This document shows positions 37,274 through 47,790 of a DNA stretch of 64,000 nucleotides, one piece after another. The position numbers were made by a program, and so were the translations under genes. How positions within the stretch are numbered: the stretch's first letter is position 1; every line of letters begins with the position of its first letter. Under the pieces are notes generated by a model. It did not search any database. It had not been told where the DNA came from and saw only the letters and a list, made by a program, of their open reading frames with translations. The DNA is from an uncultured Candidatus Saccharibacteria bacterium (lineage in GTDB: Bacteria > Patescibacteriota > Minisyncoccia > Phycocordibacterales > UBA2100): assembly GCA_964584225.1 (NCBI GenBank), contig CAZOZG010000001.1, positions 21,652-85,651 of the forward strand. The letters run 5' to 3'.

Positions 37274-37726
37274 ATGCAGCTTCACTCAATCACACGTCCC
37301 TCGACACTGAAGCGCCCGTACCGCCGAGTCGGTCGCGGTCAATCTTCAACGCGTGGCAAACAATCAGGCCGTGGCGGCAAAGGGCAGACGGCGCGCGCCG
37401 GTCACAAAATTCGTCCGGCACTTCGCGACATCATCAAGAAAATCCCGAAGCGCCGTGGATTTGGTAAAAACCGTGGTCGCACTGTCGTCGGGACGCGTCT
37501 TCCGACGTTTGCAATTCCGCTCGCCCGCCTCGAAGCGGCGTTTGATAGCGGGGCAGAAGTGACGCTCGCGGCACTCCGAGAGCGCGGCATTCTCCACGCT
37601 CGGAAACACATGCCGGTCAAAGTCGTCGGCGGTGGTGAACTCTCGAAAAAACTTTCACTCAAAGGCTTGAGCGTTTCTGCAGGAGTTCGCGCGAGCGTCG
37701 AAAAAGCAGGTGGCAGCATCGCCTAA
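37274..37726 (+). CDS. rplO: 50S ribosomal protein L15
   Basis: RVGRG, GRGGKGQTARAG, IPKRRGF. Confidence 0.96.
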   Translation: MQLHSITRPSTLKRPYRRVGRGQSSTRGKQSGRGGKGQTARAGHKIRPALRDIIKKIPKRRGFGKNRGRTVVGTRLPTFAIPLARLEAAFDSGAEVTLAALRERGILHARKHMPVKVVGGGELSKKLSLKGLSVSAGVRASVEKAGGSIA

Positions 37727-37728
37727 AT

Positions 37729-39003
37729 ATGTTTCAAGAATTTCTTCGCAAAGCAAAACTCATCGCGACTGATGAGACATTGCGCTCGCGCGTCTTGTTC
37801 GTCTTGGGAGCACTCATCGTTTTCCGTTTGCTCGCCGCGATTCCGGTTCCCGGTATCAACGCAGCCGCACTCCAAAATTATCTCAACAACAACCAATTCC
37901 TGGGCCTCTTGAATGTTTTTTCTGGCGGCGGTTTTTCCAATCTCTCGATCATGATGATCGGTGTCTCGCCCTTCATCACTGCTTCGATCATCATGCAACT
38001 CGCGACAGTCCTCTTTCCGAAATTGAAGGAAATGTATCAAGAAGAAGGCGACTCGGGCCGGCAGCGCTTTACGCAGTACTCGCGATACCTCACGGTGCCC
38101 TTGGCGTTCGTCCAGGCGTTCGGTTTTCTCATTTTGCTTGCGCAAAACGGCGTCCTTCCAGCGCTTGATCTCATGCACATGGTGACCAACGTCGTCGTCA
38201 TCGCAGCAGGATCGATTCTTCTTATGTGGATCGGCGAGTTGATCACGGAATTTGGCGTCGGCAACGGCGTCTCGCTCCTCATCTTCGCTGGTATCGTCGC
38301 GCGCATTCCGAGTAATATTTCGCAACTTGCATTTAGTTTTGACGTCTCGCAGTTGCCGGCCTACGTCGGCTTCCTCGCGGCTGCAATTGTGATCGTCGCT
38401 GGCGTTGTCTTTATCACAGAAGCTGAGCGGCCGATTCCAGTTACCTATGCGCGCCGCGTGCGTGGCATGAAAGTCTTGGGTGGCGTCTCGACGTACTTGC
38501 CGCTTCGCGTGAATCAGGCGGGCGTGATTCCGATTGTCTTTGCACTCTCGATTCTCCTTTTCCCGCAGATGATCGCGTCGTTTCTCGCGCGCAGTTCGGT
38601 GAGCATCGTCGCGACGATCGCGAGCGCAGTCGTCTCAGGCTTGGCGAATCAGTGGATTTACGGAGGTCTGTACTTTGCATTTGTTGTTATCTTCACGTAC
38701 TTCTACACGGCGATTACATTCGAGCCGCACCAGATTGCAAAAAACCTCCATAAAAACGGGGCATTCATCCCCGGCGTTCGTCCGGGCCAAACGACCTCGG
38801 AGTACCTTGGCAACATCATCACGCGCATTACGCTCGTCGGTGCTCTCTTCCTTGGTTTGCTCGCGATCTTGCCCCTCATACTGCGTGGCATCACCGGAAT
38901 TACCGCGCTCACGATTGGTGGCACGGCGCTCCTGATCGTCGTTTCGGTCGTATTGGATGTGGTTAAAAAGATTGACGCGCAAACTTCCATCCGCGAGTAC
39001 TAG
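37729..39003 (+). CDS. secY: Preprotein translocase SecY
   Basis: IPVPGIN, GVGNGVSLLIFAGI, FIPGVRPG, GGTALLIVV. Confidence 0.99.
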   Translation: MFQEFLRKAKLIATDETLRSRVLFVLGALIVFRLLAAIPVPGINAAALQNYLNNNQFLGLLNVFSGGGFSNLSIMMIGVSPFITASIIMQLATVLFPKLKEMYQEEGDSGRQRFTQYSRYLTVPLAFVQAFGFLILLAQNGVLPALDLMHMVTNVVVIAAGSILLMWIGELITEFGVGNGVSLLIFAGIVARIPSNISQLAFSFDVSQLPAYVGFLAAAIVIVAGVVFITEAERPIPVTYARRVRGMKVLGGVSTYLPLRVNQAGVIPIVFALSILLFPQMIASFLARSSVSIVATIASAVVSGLANQWIYGGLYFAFVVIFTYFYTAITFEPHQIAKNLHKNGAFIPGVRPGQTTSEYLGNIITRITLVGALFLGLLAILPLILRGITGITALTIGGTALLIVVSVVLDVVKKIDAQTSIREY

Positions 39004-39018
39004 TGCTACAATTTGCGG

Positions 39019-39561
39019 ATGCCCCCGGGGTCTCCATCTCCTTCAACGGGTATCAAGTGGCATGAAGTCACCTGGTATTCCAAGCTCGGCGCAATAATTC
39101 TTTTTTTGGGCATAGTTCCGGTGGTTTGTTTTTATATCGGAACACAATATGAGTTAGCTCAACAATCTTTTACGGCACCCATTTCGATGTCGGTTTCACC
39201 AGCTAATAATCAACAAGAAAATGTTAGATCTCAAAACAGAAATGCATCAATCGCAACAACCACGCCGGCGGGTATTCCTGTCACCATAGAAATCTCACCC
39301 TGCGCACAGAATGATGATCAGTATTGTTTCGGATCTGGTACTGCAAATTCCGCAACGAAAGGCAATATCACTGTGTTCGATACGGTATCGACGGATTGTT
39401 CCATAAATTATGGGGTAATAGCTGACCGCCAGGGAACAAAATATTTCTACAATGTGGATGTGGATTCAGGAAATAACTGCTCTTCACTACAGCCTGACGA
39501 CAGATACCTAGCGCATGCTCAATTTCGTGACGAAATTCTCAATGGTGCTCTGGGAATGTAG
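39019..39561 (+). CDS. Membrane-anchored hypothetical protein
   Basis: VTWYSK followed by a TM helix; lower GC. Confidence 0.7.
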   Translation: MPPGSPSPSTGIKWHEVTWYSKLGAIILFLGIVPVVCFYIGTQYELAQQSFTAPISMSVSPANNQQENVRSQNRNASIATTTPAGIPVTIEISPCAQNDDQYCFGSGTANSATKGNITVFDTVSTDCSINYGVIADRQGTKYFYNVDVDSGNNCSSLQPDDRYLAHAQFRDEILNGALGM

Positions 39562-39636
39562 GGTAAGTCTTCGTCTATTAATTTTTAATTCTCTAACGTC
39601 GTGCACCGTGATCTGATGTGGTAGGATGTCGCGAAT

Positions 39637-40212
39637 ATGAAGCAGGTCGTCGTGATCGCGGGCCCGTCGGGGAGCGGGAAGGATGTCATCATCCGCGAGC
39701 TTGAAAAGCGCTACAAAAATGTCACGCGCATGGTTACAGCGACGACCCGACCACCGCGCCCCGGTGAGCAGGATGGGATCGACTACCATTTCATGTCGAA
39801 CGACGATTTCAAACAGGAAATCAAAGCCGGAAATATTCTCGAACACTACTATCGCGAAGAGACTGAGACGTACTACGGCACGTACAAGCCCGACGTCGAC
39901 ACCCGAATCGCGACCGGGAAGATTGTCTTTTGTCAGCTCCAGATCGTAGGCGCAAAATATTTTAAAGAGCATTACCATGCGACAACGATTTTTATCGAAC
40001 CGCCGTCCTTGAAGGTGCTCGATGAGCGTATCGCGGCACGTTCGGTGATGAGTGCAATTGAACTCAAAGAGCGCGAAAAAATCACGAAAGAAGAAATCGA
40101 GCAGGATGCAAAATGGTACGACTATCGAGTCGTCAACGAAGAAGGCAAGCTCGAAAAAGCGGTCGACGAAGTGGTGGCAATTCTCCAAAAAGAGGGCTAT
40201 ACTCTTGCGTAA
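39637..40212 (+). CDS. gmk: Guanylate kinase
   Basis: GPSGSGKD, TTRPPRPGEQDGIDYHF, YYGT. Confidence 0.95.
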   Translation: MKQVVVIAGPSGSGKDVIIRELEKRYKNVTRMVTATTRPPRPGEQDGIDYHFMSNDDFKQEIKAGNILEHYYREETETYYGTYKPDVDTRIATGKIVFCQLQIVGAKYFKEHYHATTIFIEPPSLKVLDERIAARSVMSAIELKEREKITKEEIEQDAKWYDYRVVNEEGKLEKAVDEVVAILQKEGYTLA

Positions 40213-40809
40213 ATGAAAGATCCACTCACGATTGCGTTCTTCGGTATTTCTGGAAGCGGCAAAGGGACACAAGCCGCACTTCTCATAGATTACTTGAAAG
40301 AAAAGGATCCCGGCCGCGTCTCCGCGCGCGCAGAGATGGGAAATTTCTTGCGTGCCTTTGCCGAGGAGCCGACGTTGCTCGGGAAAAAAGTGAAAGAGAT
40401 CCTGATGTCCGGCGGCCTCGTGCCGTCTTTTATGGCGATTTACATGCTGGTACGGTATTTCGATACACACATTCAAGGTGATGAGCATTTTATTTTCGAC
40501 GGCACCTGCCGCCGGCCGGAGCAGTCGATCGCTGTCGACGAGCTCGCGCGTTTCTACGGACGCAAAGATCTGCATGTTGTTGTCTTGAACCTCTCACGAG
40601 AAGAAGCGCATAAGCGCCTTCTCGCGCGCGGTCGCCCGGACGATGCAACAGAAGAAGCATTAAATAGTCGTTTCCAGTGGTACACCGATCACGTTATTCC
40701 CTCGATCAATAAATTGGTTGAGCTGGGGTGGACCAAGCACGAAGTCGACGGTGCCGCCGATATCGCGACGGTTCATAAGCAACTGCTCGGAGAACTGAAA
40801 CTCGCATGA
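40213..40809 (+). CDS. adk: Adenylate kinase family protein
   Basis: GISGSGKGTQA, GGLVP, FDG, RGRPDD. Confidence 0.88.
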   Translation: MKDPLTIAFFGISGSGKGTQAALLIDYLKEKDPGRVSARAEMGNFLRAFAEEPTLLGKKVKEILMSGGLVPSFMAIYMLVRYFDTHIQGDEHFIFDGTCRRPEQSIAVDELARFYGRKDLHVVVLNLSREEAHKRLLARGRPDDATEEALNSRFQWYTDHVIPSINKLVELGWTKHEVDGAADIATVHKQLLGELKLA

Positions 40810-41576
40810 TTGCGAAAAAGAAAGAAGAACTCGAAATCCTGCGCGAAGGCGGCAGGAGGCTTGCGCGTCACGTTCGTCATCTAAGTGAAATGGTACAACC
40901 GGGCGTCGCTGCAGCCGATCTCGAAAAAGCAGCGCGTGAGTGGGTTGCCGCTGAAGGCGATGAGCTCGCGTTCTTTGGGTACCGAGGCAAGAAAGACGAA
41001 CACGGCTTTCCGTCTGGGCTGTGCGTATCAGTCAACGACGTGATCGTGCACTCGCCGGCCGGGCAGAACAACGCCGTCTTTCAAGAGGGCGACGTCGTCT
41101 GCGTCGATTTCGGAATCAAACATCGCGGTCTCTACACTGATCATGCGGCGACCGTCATCGCAGGAAAAGCAAAAAGCGTAGACGACGAGAAACTTGTCAG
41201 AGGGACGTATGAGGCGCTCACCGCCGGGATTACAGAGGCCGTCGTCGGCAATACGACGGGCGACATCGGCTACGCAGTGCAAGAAATCGCCGAAAAATAC
41301 GCCTTTGGCTATCCGAAGAATCTCTCGGGGCATGGAGTTGGCAAACACGTCCACGAAGAACCACACGTCCCGAATTACGGCGAGCCCGGTAGAGGTGAGA
41401 AATTAGTGGAAGGACTCGTCATCGCAATTGAGCCAATGATGACGCTCGGCTCCGGAGAGCTCTACATCGACAAGGACGGGCACTCGTATCGCACCAAAGA
41501 CAAATCTCGCTCCGCACACGCGGAACACACGGTGCTCATCACAAAAAAAGGTCCGGAAATTTTGACGAAAGAGTAG
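40806..41576 (+). CDS. map: Methionine aminopeptidase type I
   Basis: SVNDVIVH, GHGVGKHVHEEP, IAIEPM, SAHAEHT. Confidence 0.97.
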   Translation: MIAKKKEELEILREGGRRLARHVRHLSEMVQPGVAAADLEKAAREWVAAEGDELAFFGYRGKKDEHGFPSGLCVSVNDVIVHSPAGQNNAVFQEGDVVCVDFGIKHRGLYTDHAATVIAGKAKSVDDEKLVRGTYEALTAGITEAVVGNTTGDIGYAVQEIAEKYAFGYPKNLSGHGVGKHVHEEPHVPNYGEPGRGEKLVEGLVIAIEPMMTLGSGELYIDKDGHSYRTKDKSRSAHAEHTVLITKKGPEILTKE

Positions 41577-41627
41577 CCTGTTGACAGCGAGCTCGGCCGA
41601 TGCCGATGCTGCGGGTATACTTCCGGT

Positions 41628-42995
41628 ATGACACTCGTGCGCGTGCGGGTCGGTTATCTCGTGGCAGTGATGGTAGCGCTTTGTGCACTCCCGACTCTCG
41701 TTGTGCACGCACAGGCTGCCGGATGTCACATCGCATCGCAAGCTGAAGTTGATGCAGGTGCGGTAGCAGGGCGCGAGGTGTGCGCAGCGGACGTCGCCGC
41801 GGGCATTACCGTTCAAGCAGGTGAGGCAAAAGAATACCTGCGCTCAATCTTTACGTCAGGCGGACAGCAATGTACGGCACAGCAGGATAAGATCGGTCAG
41901 CTCAATAACACGTTTGCAACGTGCGCGGCCCAGATGCTGAAGGCATATCAGGAGCGTTACGGCAAAGTCACCATCAATCGCGCATACAACGCAATGTCAT
42001 GCGAGGCGGCGTTGTGCGTGAATAATCCTGGCTGCGGTGGTTTCAACAACAACCCAGCCCCCAACAGTAGCCATGTGCAAGGAGTTGCCATGGACGTACA
42101 GACGCAAAATCAACAGCAGCTCATCGGCTTTGCGCGCGCCAATCCGCAATTTGGTGTGTGTTTTCCGATTTCGTGGGATACGGTGCACCTCGTCGGCGCG
42201 GGCTACAGCAACAACGGTGAGAGTCGCAGTTGCGCGTCGCAGGGAATCACGCAGCCGTGCGATGGTCTTCAAGCGGGGCAGGTGAACGCGCCCAACATGT
42301 CGGGCTTACCGCCCGCATCTCAATACGGAATGTCGCCGAACACACCTGCGCCAGCAGGATATACGACGCCACCAGCGTCTCCCGCGTCAGTTGCGCCAAT
42401 CGGTTCGCCACCACCCCTCGGGAACAACACGACCGCGTATGCCGTCGGCACCTGCTCACCGCAGTTTTATTGTTACAACAACAGCCTCACGTACCGCGCG
42501 AGCACGTGCGTCGACCAAACCTACCAGACATGCGCGTATGGATGTTCCGGCAATCAGTGTGCTCCCGCAGGTAGTCCCAGTAGTTCCACAAGCACTGTAG
42601 CGAACACGTCGCCCGTCAATACTGGAATCTCACTCGATAGTCTTTTCAACTTCGCCTCTAGCACGCCATCGCAAACGTCGTCGCAAACGGTCTCAACGTC
42701 GACGCCTGTCTTTAATTCCAATATGGCGGATGTGGTCGCGCTCAAGGTAGCCAATCCTTTCGCATCTCTCGGTCAGCAAGTCGCGACGGCCGCGCCACAG
42801 ACCGCATACACTTCAGGCGAGACATTCACCTCATCAGATCTGAGTTACTCTCCAGGCGGATCCTTTTCTTCTGTCGTGCAAAACAATAGCCTCCAATTTA
42901 CGCTCGGAGTTCTCAAAGACGCGTTGGTTGGATTGCTTGGTCTTTTGAAACCATTCGGCGGCGTCAACCCGCACGCGACGGGCACGCTGTACTAA
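41628..42995 (+). CDS. Secreted M15-like (LAS) peptidoglycan peptidase
   Basis: SSHVQGVAMD and WDTVH zinc motifs; Cys module; Ser/Thr linker; ends LKPFGG. Confidence 0.7.
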   Translation: MTLVRVRVGYLVAVMVALCALPTLVVHAQAAGCHIASQAEVDAGAVAGREVCAADVAAGITVQAGEAKEYLRSIFTSGGQQCTAQQDKIGQLNNTFATCAAQMLKAYQERYGKVTINRAYNAMSCEAALCVNNPGCGGFNNNPAPNSSHVQGVAMDVQTQNQQQLIGFARANPQFGVCFPISWDTVHLVGAGYSNNGESRSCASQGITQPCDGLQAGQVNAPNMSGLPPASQYGMSPNTPAPAGYTTPPASPASVAPIGSPPPLGNNTTAYAVGTCSPQFYCYNNSLTYRASTCVDQTYQTCAYGCSGNQCAPAGSPSSSTSTVANTSPVNTGISLDSLFNFASSTPSQTSSQTVSTSTPVFNSNMADVVALKVANPFASLGQQVATAAPQTAYTSGETFTSSDLSYSPGGSFSSVVQNNSLQFTLGVLKDALVGLLGLLKPFGGVNPHATGTLY

Positions 42996-43023
42996 AAGAA
43001 TGCTAGAGTAGACGCAATTCGCC

Positions 43024-44358
43024 ATGGAAGACAAGATCGACGTACTCTTGATCGGCAACGGTGGCAGGGAAGCAGCAATCGCCTGGAAACTGAAACAATC
43101 CCCGCGGCTCGGGAAGTTTTACATCGCTCCCGGCAATCCGGGGACGGCGCTCTACGGTGAAAACGTAAATATCCCGGCGACAGATGTTCCCGGGCTTACC
43201 AAATTCGCTTCAGAAAATAAAATCGGATTGACGATCGTCGGGCCCGAGGACGCACTTGCCGCCGGTATCTCTGATTTTTTCAAATCGTGTGGTCTGCGCG
43301 TGTGGGGACCGGTCAAGGACGCCGCGCAAATCGAAAGCTCAAAAGCATTTGCCAAGCAGCTCATGAAGCAGATGGAGATTCCCACTGCCGCGTACCAGGT
43401 ATTCACCAAGTACGAGGACGCGATGAAATATTTGAAGACGCAAAAAGCACCGATCGTCGTGAAAGCGAGTGGATTATCGCTGGGGAAGGGCGTCTACGTC
43501 TGCCAAAGCATCGAAGAAGCGGAGCAGGCAGTGCACGACATCATGATCATGCGCGTGCACAAGGATGCCGGTAGCACGGTCGTCATCGAAGAATATCTGG
43601 AAGGACAAGAAATTTCCATTCACGCGATCGCTGACACGAAAACCTTCTACACATTCCCACCGTCACAGGATCATAAGCGCATCGGCGAGAGTGACACCAA
43701 TAAAAACACGGGCGGCATGGGTACGATCGCGCCGGTGCCGTGGGTAACCGAACAGCAAATGTATGAAATCGAAGAGAAAATCGTCCGCCCCGCACTCAAA
43801 ATGCTCGGCGCGCGCAGCATTCCCTACGTCGGCGTACTCTATCCGGGTATCATGATGACCGACAAAGGACCAAAAGTGCTCGAGTACAACTGCCGCATGG
43901 GGGATCCGGAGACGCAGGTCTACATGCGACTTCTCAAAAACGACCTGCTGGAATTCCTCCATGCATGCGTGTTCGTCAATCTCGATCAAATGAAACCTGA
44001 GTGGGAGCCGGGCTTTGCCTGTAATATCGTAATCGCCTCCGGAGGTTACCCGGATGAATACCAGACAGGCTTTCCGATCACCGGCATTGATGAAGCAGAG
44101 AAAGTGCCCGGCGTCGTCGTCTTTCAGGCTGGGACAAAAATGGAAAATGGCCAGCTCGTCACTGCAGGCGGGCGCGTCTTGAGTGTCTCAGCGGTCGGTG
44201 CGACCTTACAAGAGGCACTCGATCGAGCCTACCAAGGTTGTGAAAAGATCAAGTTCGAGGGCGCTTATTTCCGCCGCGACATTGGCGCCAAAGCACTTGG
44301 CAACGAGGTGTTGCAAACACAGAAACAGAGTTCAACGCCAAATAATGTCGGTTGGTAG
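43024..44358 (+). CDS. purD: Phosphoribosylamine--glycine ligase
   Basis: GNGGRE, APGNPG, SQDHKR, NTGGMG, EYNCRMGDPE. Confidence 0.97.
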   Translation: MEDKIDVLLIGNGGREAAIAWKLKQSPRLGKFYIAPGNPGTALYGENVNIPATDVPGLTKFASENKIGLTIVGPEDALAAGISDFFKSCGLRVWGPVKDAAQIESSKAFAKQLMKQMEIPTAAYQVFTKYEDAMKYLKTQKAPIVVKASGLSLGKGVYVCQSIEEAEQAVHDIMIMRVHKDAGSTVVIEEYLEGQEISIHAIADTKTFYTFPPSQDHKRIGESDTNKNTGGMGTIAPVPWVTEQQMYEIEEKIVRPALKMLGARSIPYVGVLYPGIMMTDKGPKVLEYNCRMGDPETQVYMRLLKNDLLEFLHACVFVNLDQMKPEWEPGFACNIVIASGGYPDEYQTGFPITGIDEAEKVPGVVVFQAGTKMENGQLVTAGGRVLSVSAVGATLQEALDRAYQGCEKIKFEGAYFRRDIGAKALGNEVLQTQKQSSTPNNVGW

Positions 44359-44360
44359 CC

Positions 44361-44933
44361 ATGAGTTACTGGCCAGTGATCCTCGGATCGTTCGTCAATC
44401 TTCTCGGAACCTCATATTACATTCGTAATACGATTCGCGGAGTCACCAAGCCTAATCGCGTGACGTGGTTGATGTGGTCGATCGCACCTGTGATTGGCAC
44501 CGCGGCAGCGCTTGCCAGTGGTGTTACGTGGGCAACGTTGCCAGTGTTTATGGCAGGTCTCATGCCGTTTCTCGTATTCATAGCATCGTTTATCAATCCG
44601 AATTCATATTGGAAACTTGGCACATTCGATTATGGATGCGGCATACTGTCTGCTTTCGCGCTCATATTGTGGTATCTCACGAGCGAACCTGCCGTCGCTA
44701 TCGTCTTTTCAATCGCGAGTGACTGTGCAGCCGGAATTCCGACTCTGATAAAATGCTGGAAACAGCCAGAGACTGAGACTGCTTCTGGTTTTACTGCAAG
44801 CGGCATCAACAACCTCATGAGTTTCTTTGTCATCACGAATTGGAATTTCGCAAACATCGCGTTCCCGTTGTATCTCGTTATTTTCAACACGATACTCGCG
44901 TTTCCGGTGGTGCGCAAGAAGGGTTCGCTCTAG
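44361..44933 (+). CDS. Membrane protein (PQ-loop-like repeat)
   Basis: TKPNRVTWLMW, IPTLIKCWKQPETE. Confidence 0.75.
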   Translation: MSYWPVILGSFVNLLGTSYYIRNTIRGVTKPNRVTWLMWSIAPVIGTAAALASGVTWATLPVFMAGLMPFLVFIASFINPNSYWKLGTFDYGCGILSAFALILWYLTSEPAVAIVFSIASDCAAGIPTLIKCWKQPETETASGFTASGINNLMSFFVITNWNFANIAFPLYLVIFNTILAFPVVRKKGSL

Positions 44934-44948
44934 TGATATACTTTTTCT

Positions 44949-47768
44949 ATGCCTCCATCGACGATGGAGAAGCCGCGCGTTGTGGCTTCGGAGAAATTTA
45001 AATCCCCTCAAGAGGAATTGGCGTATTTGCGTGAGCAAGTGCGGCAGAAGGAGCAGGAACTTGAAGCTGCGCCGAATCGTTTTGAGAGTGATCGGATCGC
45101 CAAGCGCGAAATCGTAAGCTACGGTAATGCGCCGGCGGCGCAGATTTTACACGAAGATGTTGTCATGCCTGAGCACGATATCTTGCGCAACGTCTTGAAA
45201 CTTGAGCCGGAAGCGCACGACGCGCAACTCGACGAACTCTTGAAGATCGTCGTTGATCGCGGGATCAAAAACGCGTTGTCGGTTGCGGCGCGCCTTAAAA
45301 ACCCACACATCGAAGACGATTTACATCGCGCGCTCGTGCGCTACGTCGCAGAGGGTCTGCCGATGCACGGCGCGCCGCCGGAAAAGATCCGTCGTGCGCT
45401 GGATCTGATTCTCTTCACGATCGAACCGCAGGCGCACGGCGACAGAGAGAAGCAAGACAACAGCCAGCATCGTCTCGAACAAGTGCTCGCGCCATCGGAG
45501 CAACTCTATGCGGGTCTCACCTCGCTTATCGCTCCGCACGAAGGTTTTTCACTTGAGATTGCAGTTCCCGATGGTACAGAAGAAGCACTGCTCTACCTCG
45601 CTGTCCCGCGCTCCAAAAAGCATCTCGCCGAACGACTCATTTCATCGGTGTTCCCGAATGCACACATTGCCGAAAATCGTGGCGACTACAATGTTTTCAA
45701 TTTTGAAGGTGAGAACGCGGCTGCGTACGCGAAGCTCGCGAATCACCCTGCGTACCCCCTAAAGACACCGGACATGTTCGAACACGATCCGATGAATGTG
45801 CTTCTGGCGGCGTTTGCAAAAATCGCGAAACACGGCGAAGGCGCAGCGATGCAAGTCATCGTGTCTTCTGACGGCGACCGCTACAATGAGCACTATAAGA
45901 AAATGCTCCGCCGACTCGGAGAGGGCAAACATCTCCACCGCGTCCTCAATGTTCCCGAGTCGACGATTGGCGAGGTTCTCTACGACGTGAGTCACACGAT
46001 GTTCCAGGGCCAGCAGGAACTTCAAGATCAAAAAGACAAAGAGATGCGACGGCAGCCCGACAAGGTTGCGCAAGAAGAGATCGAGCGCAAAGTCAAAAGC
46101 AGAATTTGCCCGGCCCTTATCCGGCTTGTCGCCTCAGCGCCTGAAAAGCACCGCGCAGAAGAAATCATCGACAATCTGATCGCGCCGTTCTCGCAGTACG
46201 ACGACCCGCGTGGGAATCGCCTTGAGTTTAAAAAAGTCTCGAGTTGGCACAAAAACACTTTTTTGCGTGATTTCACCTATCGCACCTATGATCCAGCCTA
46301 CGCGATGCCGCTTTCACTTGCGGAGATCACCTCCATTTTCCATTTCACCGCCGAGCGTGTGCACACTTCGCCCGAGCTGAAGCGTTCCTTCGCCAAACAA
46401 GCGCCCTCACCAGTCGAAATGCCCGCCGACGGGATCGTGGTCGGTATCAACCGCTACGGTGCCGATGAGCGACCGGTTCATTTTGGCGCCGCCGATCGTC
46501 TCAGGCACTGCTACGTCATCGGGCAAACGGGTACGGGAAAGACAGGCTTTCTGAAAAACATGATTATTCAGGACATTCAAAATGGGGAAGGCGTTGCCTT
46601 TATCGATCCGCATGGCAACGACATCGAAGACGTACTCGCAGCGATTCCGCCGGAGCGCGCAAAAGATGTTATTTATTTCGATCCAGCTCACACAGAGCAA
46701 CCGATGGGACTCAACATGCTCGAGTACGATCGAAACCGTCCCGAGATGAAGACGTTCGTCGTCGACGAAGTCTACGGTATTTTCCGCAAGCTCTATGCTG
46801 ATGTGCCGGAAGCGTTTGGGCCGATGTTTGAGCAATATTATCGCAATGCCGTGCAACTCGTGGTCGAGGATCCTGATTCTGGCAGCACGTTCGTGGAGAT
46901 TCCGCGCGTCTTCGCTGATACCGCGTTTCGTAATCTGAAGCTCGCACACTGTCAAAATCCCATCATCGTGCAGTTTTGGAAGAAAATTGCAGAGCAAGCG
47001 CAAGGCGACCCGTCGCTTGAGAACGTTGCGCCCTATATCACGTCGAAATTTGACGTCTTTCTCACGAACGACATCATGCGCCCCATCGTGAGTCAGGAAA
47101 AATCCGCCTTTGATTTCCGCCAGATTATGGACGGCAAGAAAATCTTTCTCGCGAATCTCTCGAAAGGGCGTCTCGGCGATCGCAATACCGCGCTTTTGGG
47201 GCTCGTGCTCGTGTCGAAATTCCTGCAAGCAGCGTTTTCGCGAGTCGATTCACATGGCGACTTGCCAGTCTTTTACCTCTATATAGACGAATTTCAAAAT
47301 TTCGCGACGCCATCGATTGGGACGATTCTCTCTGAAGCACGTAAATATAAGCTCTCGCTTGTCGTCGCACACCAATTCATCGCACAGCTCGACGAAAAAA
47401 TCCGCGATGCAGTGATCGGTAACGTTGGCACGAAGGCGGCGTTTCGTGTCGGAACCACAGATGCGGAATTCTTAGCAAAACAGTTCGAACCGGTTTTTAG
47501 TCAAGAAGATCTGGAGAATTTGCCGAATCGAAATGCGGTTCTTTCGCTTTTGATCAACGGAACACCAGCGCGACCGTTTTCAATCCACACAGAGGATCTT
47601 CCCAAATTTGATTACGCACGCGTTGCGGCGCTTAAAGATCTTTCGTATCGCACCTACGGTAGACCGCGCGAAGAGGTTGAGGCCGAAATGCGCGCTAAAT
47701 TTGACGCCGCGTACGGAAAAAAACCCGCCCCTCGCATCGAGCCATCTCCTGCGCCAGACGTCCAGTAG
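44949..47768 (+). CDS. VirD4/TraD/HerA-like P-loop ATPase
   Basis: RHCYVIGQTGTGKT, FIDPHG, LYIDEFQNF, EARKY. Confidence 0.9.
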   Translation: MPPSTMEKPRVVASEKFKSPQEELAYLREQVRQKEQELEAAPNRFESDRIAKREIVSYGNAPAAQILHEDVVMPEHDILRNVLKLEPEAHDAQLDELLKIVVDRGIKNALSVAARLKNPHIEDDLHRALVRYVAEGLPMHGAPPEKIRRALDLILFTIEPQAHGDREKQDNSQHRLEQVLAPSEQLYAGLTSLIAPHEGFSLEIAVPDGTEEALLYLAVPRSKKHLAERLISSVFPNAHIAENRGDYNVFNFEGENAAAYAKLANHPAYPLKTPDMFEHDPMNVLLAAFAKIAKHGEGAAMQVIVSSDGDRYNEHYKKMLRRLGEGKHLHRVLNVPESTIGEVLYDVSHTMFQGQQELQDQKDKEMRRQPDKVAQEEIERKVKSRICPALIRLVASAPEKHRAEEIIDNLIAPFSQYDDPRGNRLEFKKVSSWHKNTFLRDFTYRTYDPAYAMPLSLAEITSIFHFTAERVHTSPELKRSFAKQAPSPVEMPADGIVVGINRYGADERPVHFGAADRLRHCYVIGQTGTGKTGFLKNMIIQDIQNGEGVAFIDPHGNDIEDVLAAIPPERAKDVIYFDPAHTEQPMGLNMLEYDRNRPEMKTFVVDEVYGIFRKLYADVPEAFGPMFEQYYRNAVQLVVEDPDSGSTFVEIPRVFADTAFRNLKLAHCQNPIIVQFWKKIAEQAQGDPSLENVAPYITSKFDVFLTNDIMRPIVSQEKSAFDFRQIMDGKKIFLANLSKGRLGDRNTALLGLVLVSKFLQAAFSRVDSHGDLPVFYLYIDEFQNFATPSIGTILSEARKYKLSLVVAHQFIAQLDEKIRDAVIGNVGTKAAFRVGTTDAEFLAKQFEPVFSQEDLENLPNRNAVLSLLINGTPARPFSIHTEDLPKFDYARVAALKDLSYRTYGRPREEVEAEMRAKFDAAYGKKPAPRIEPSPAPDVQ

Positions 47769-47790
47769 GCGCTTGTGCTATAGTGGTGGC

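Noticed and set aside
26370-38990. Long antisense and alternate-frame ORFs over ribosomal genes and secY
   Set aside because: Shadow ORFs of GC-rich conserved genes with no recognisable motifs.
39622-39640. Displaced secY tail (CGC GAA TAT) before gmk
   Set aside because: Only three codons match and they overlap the gmk promoter/start; chance is likely.
44949-47768. Conjugative element or ICE
   Set aside because: No relaxase, integrase or mating-pair genes; flanked by purD and ndk.
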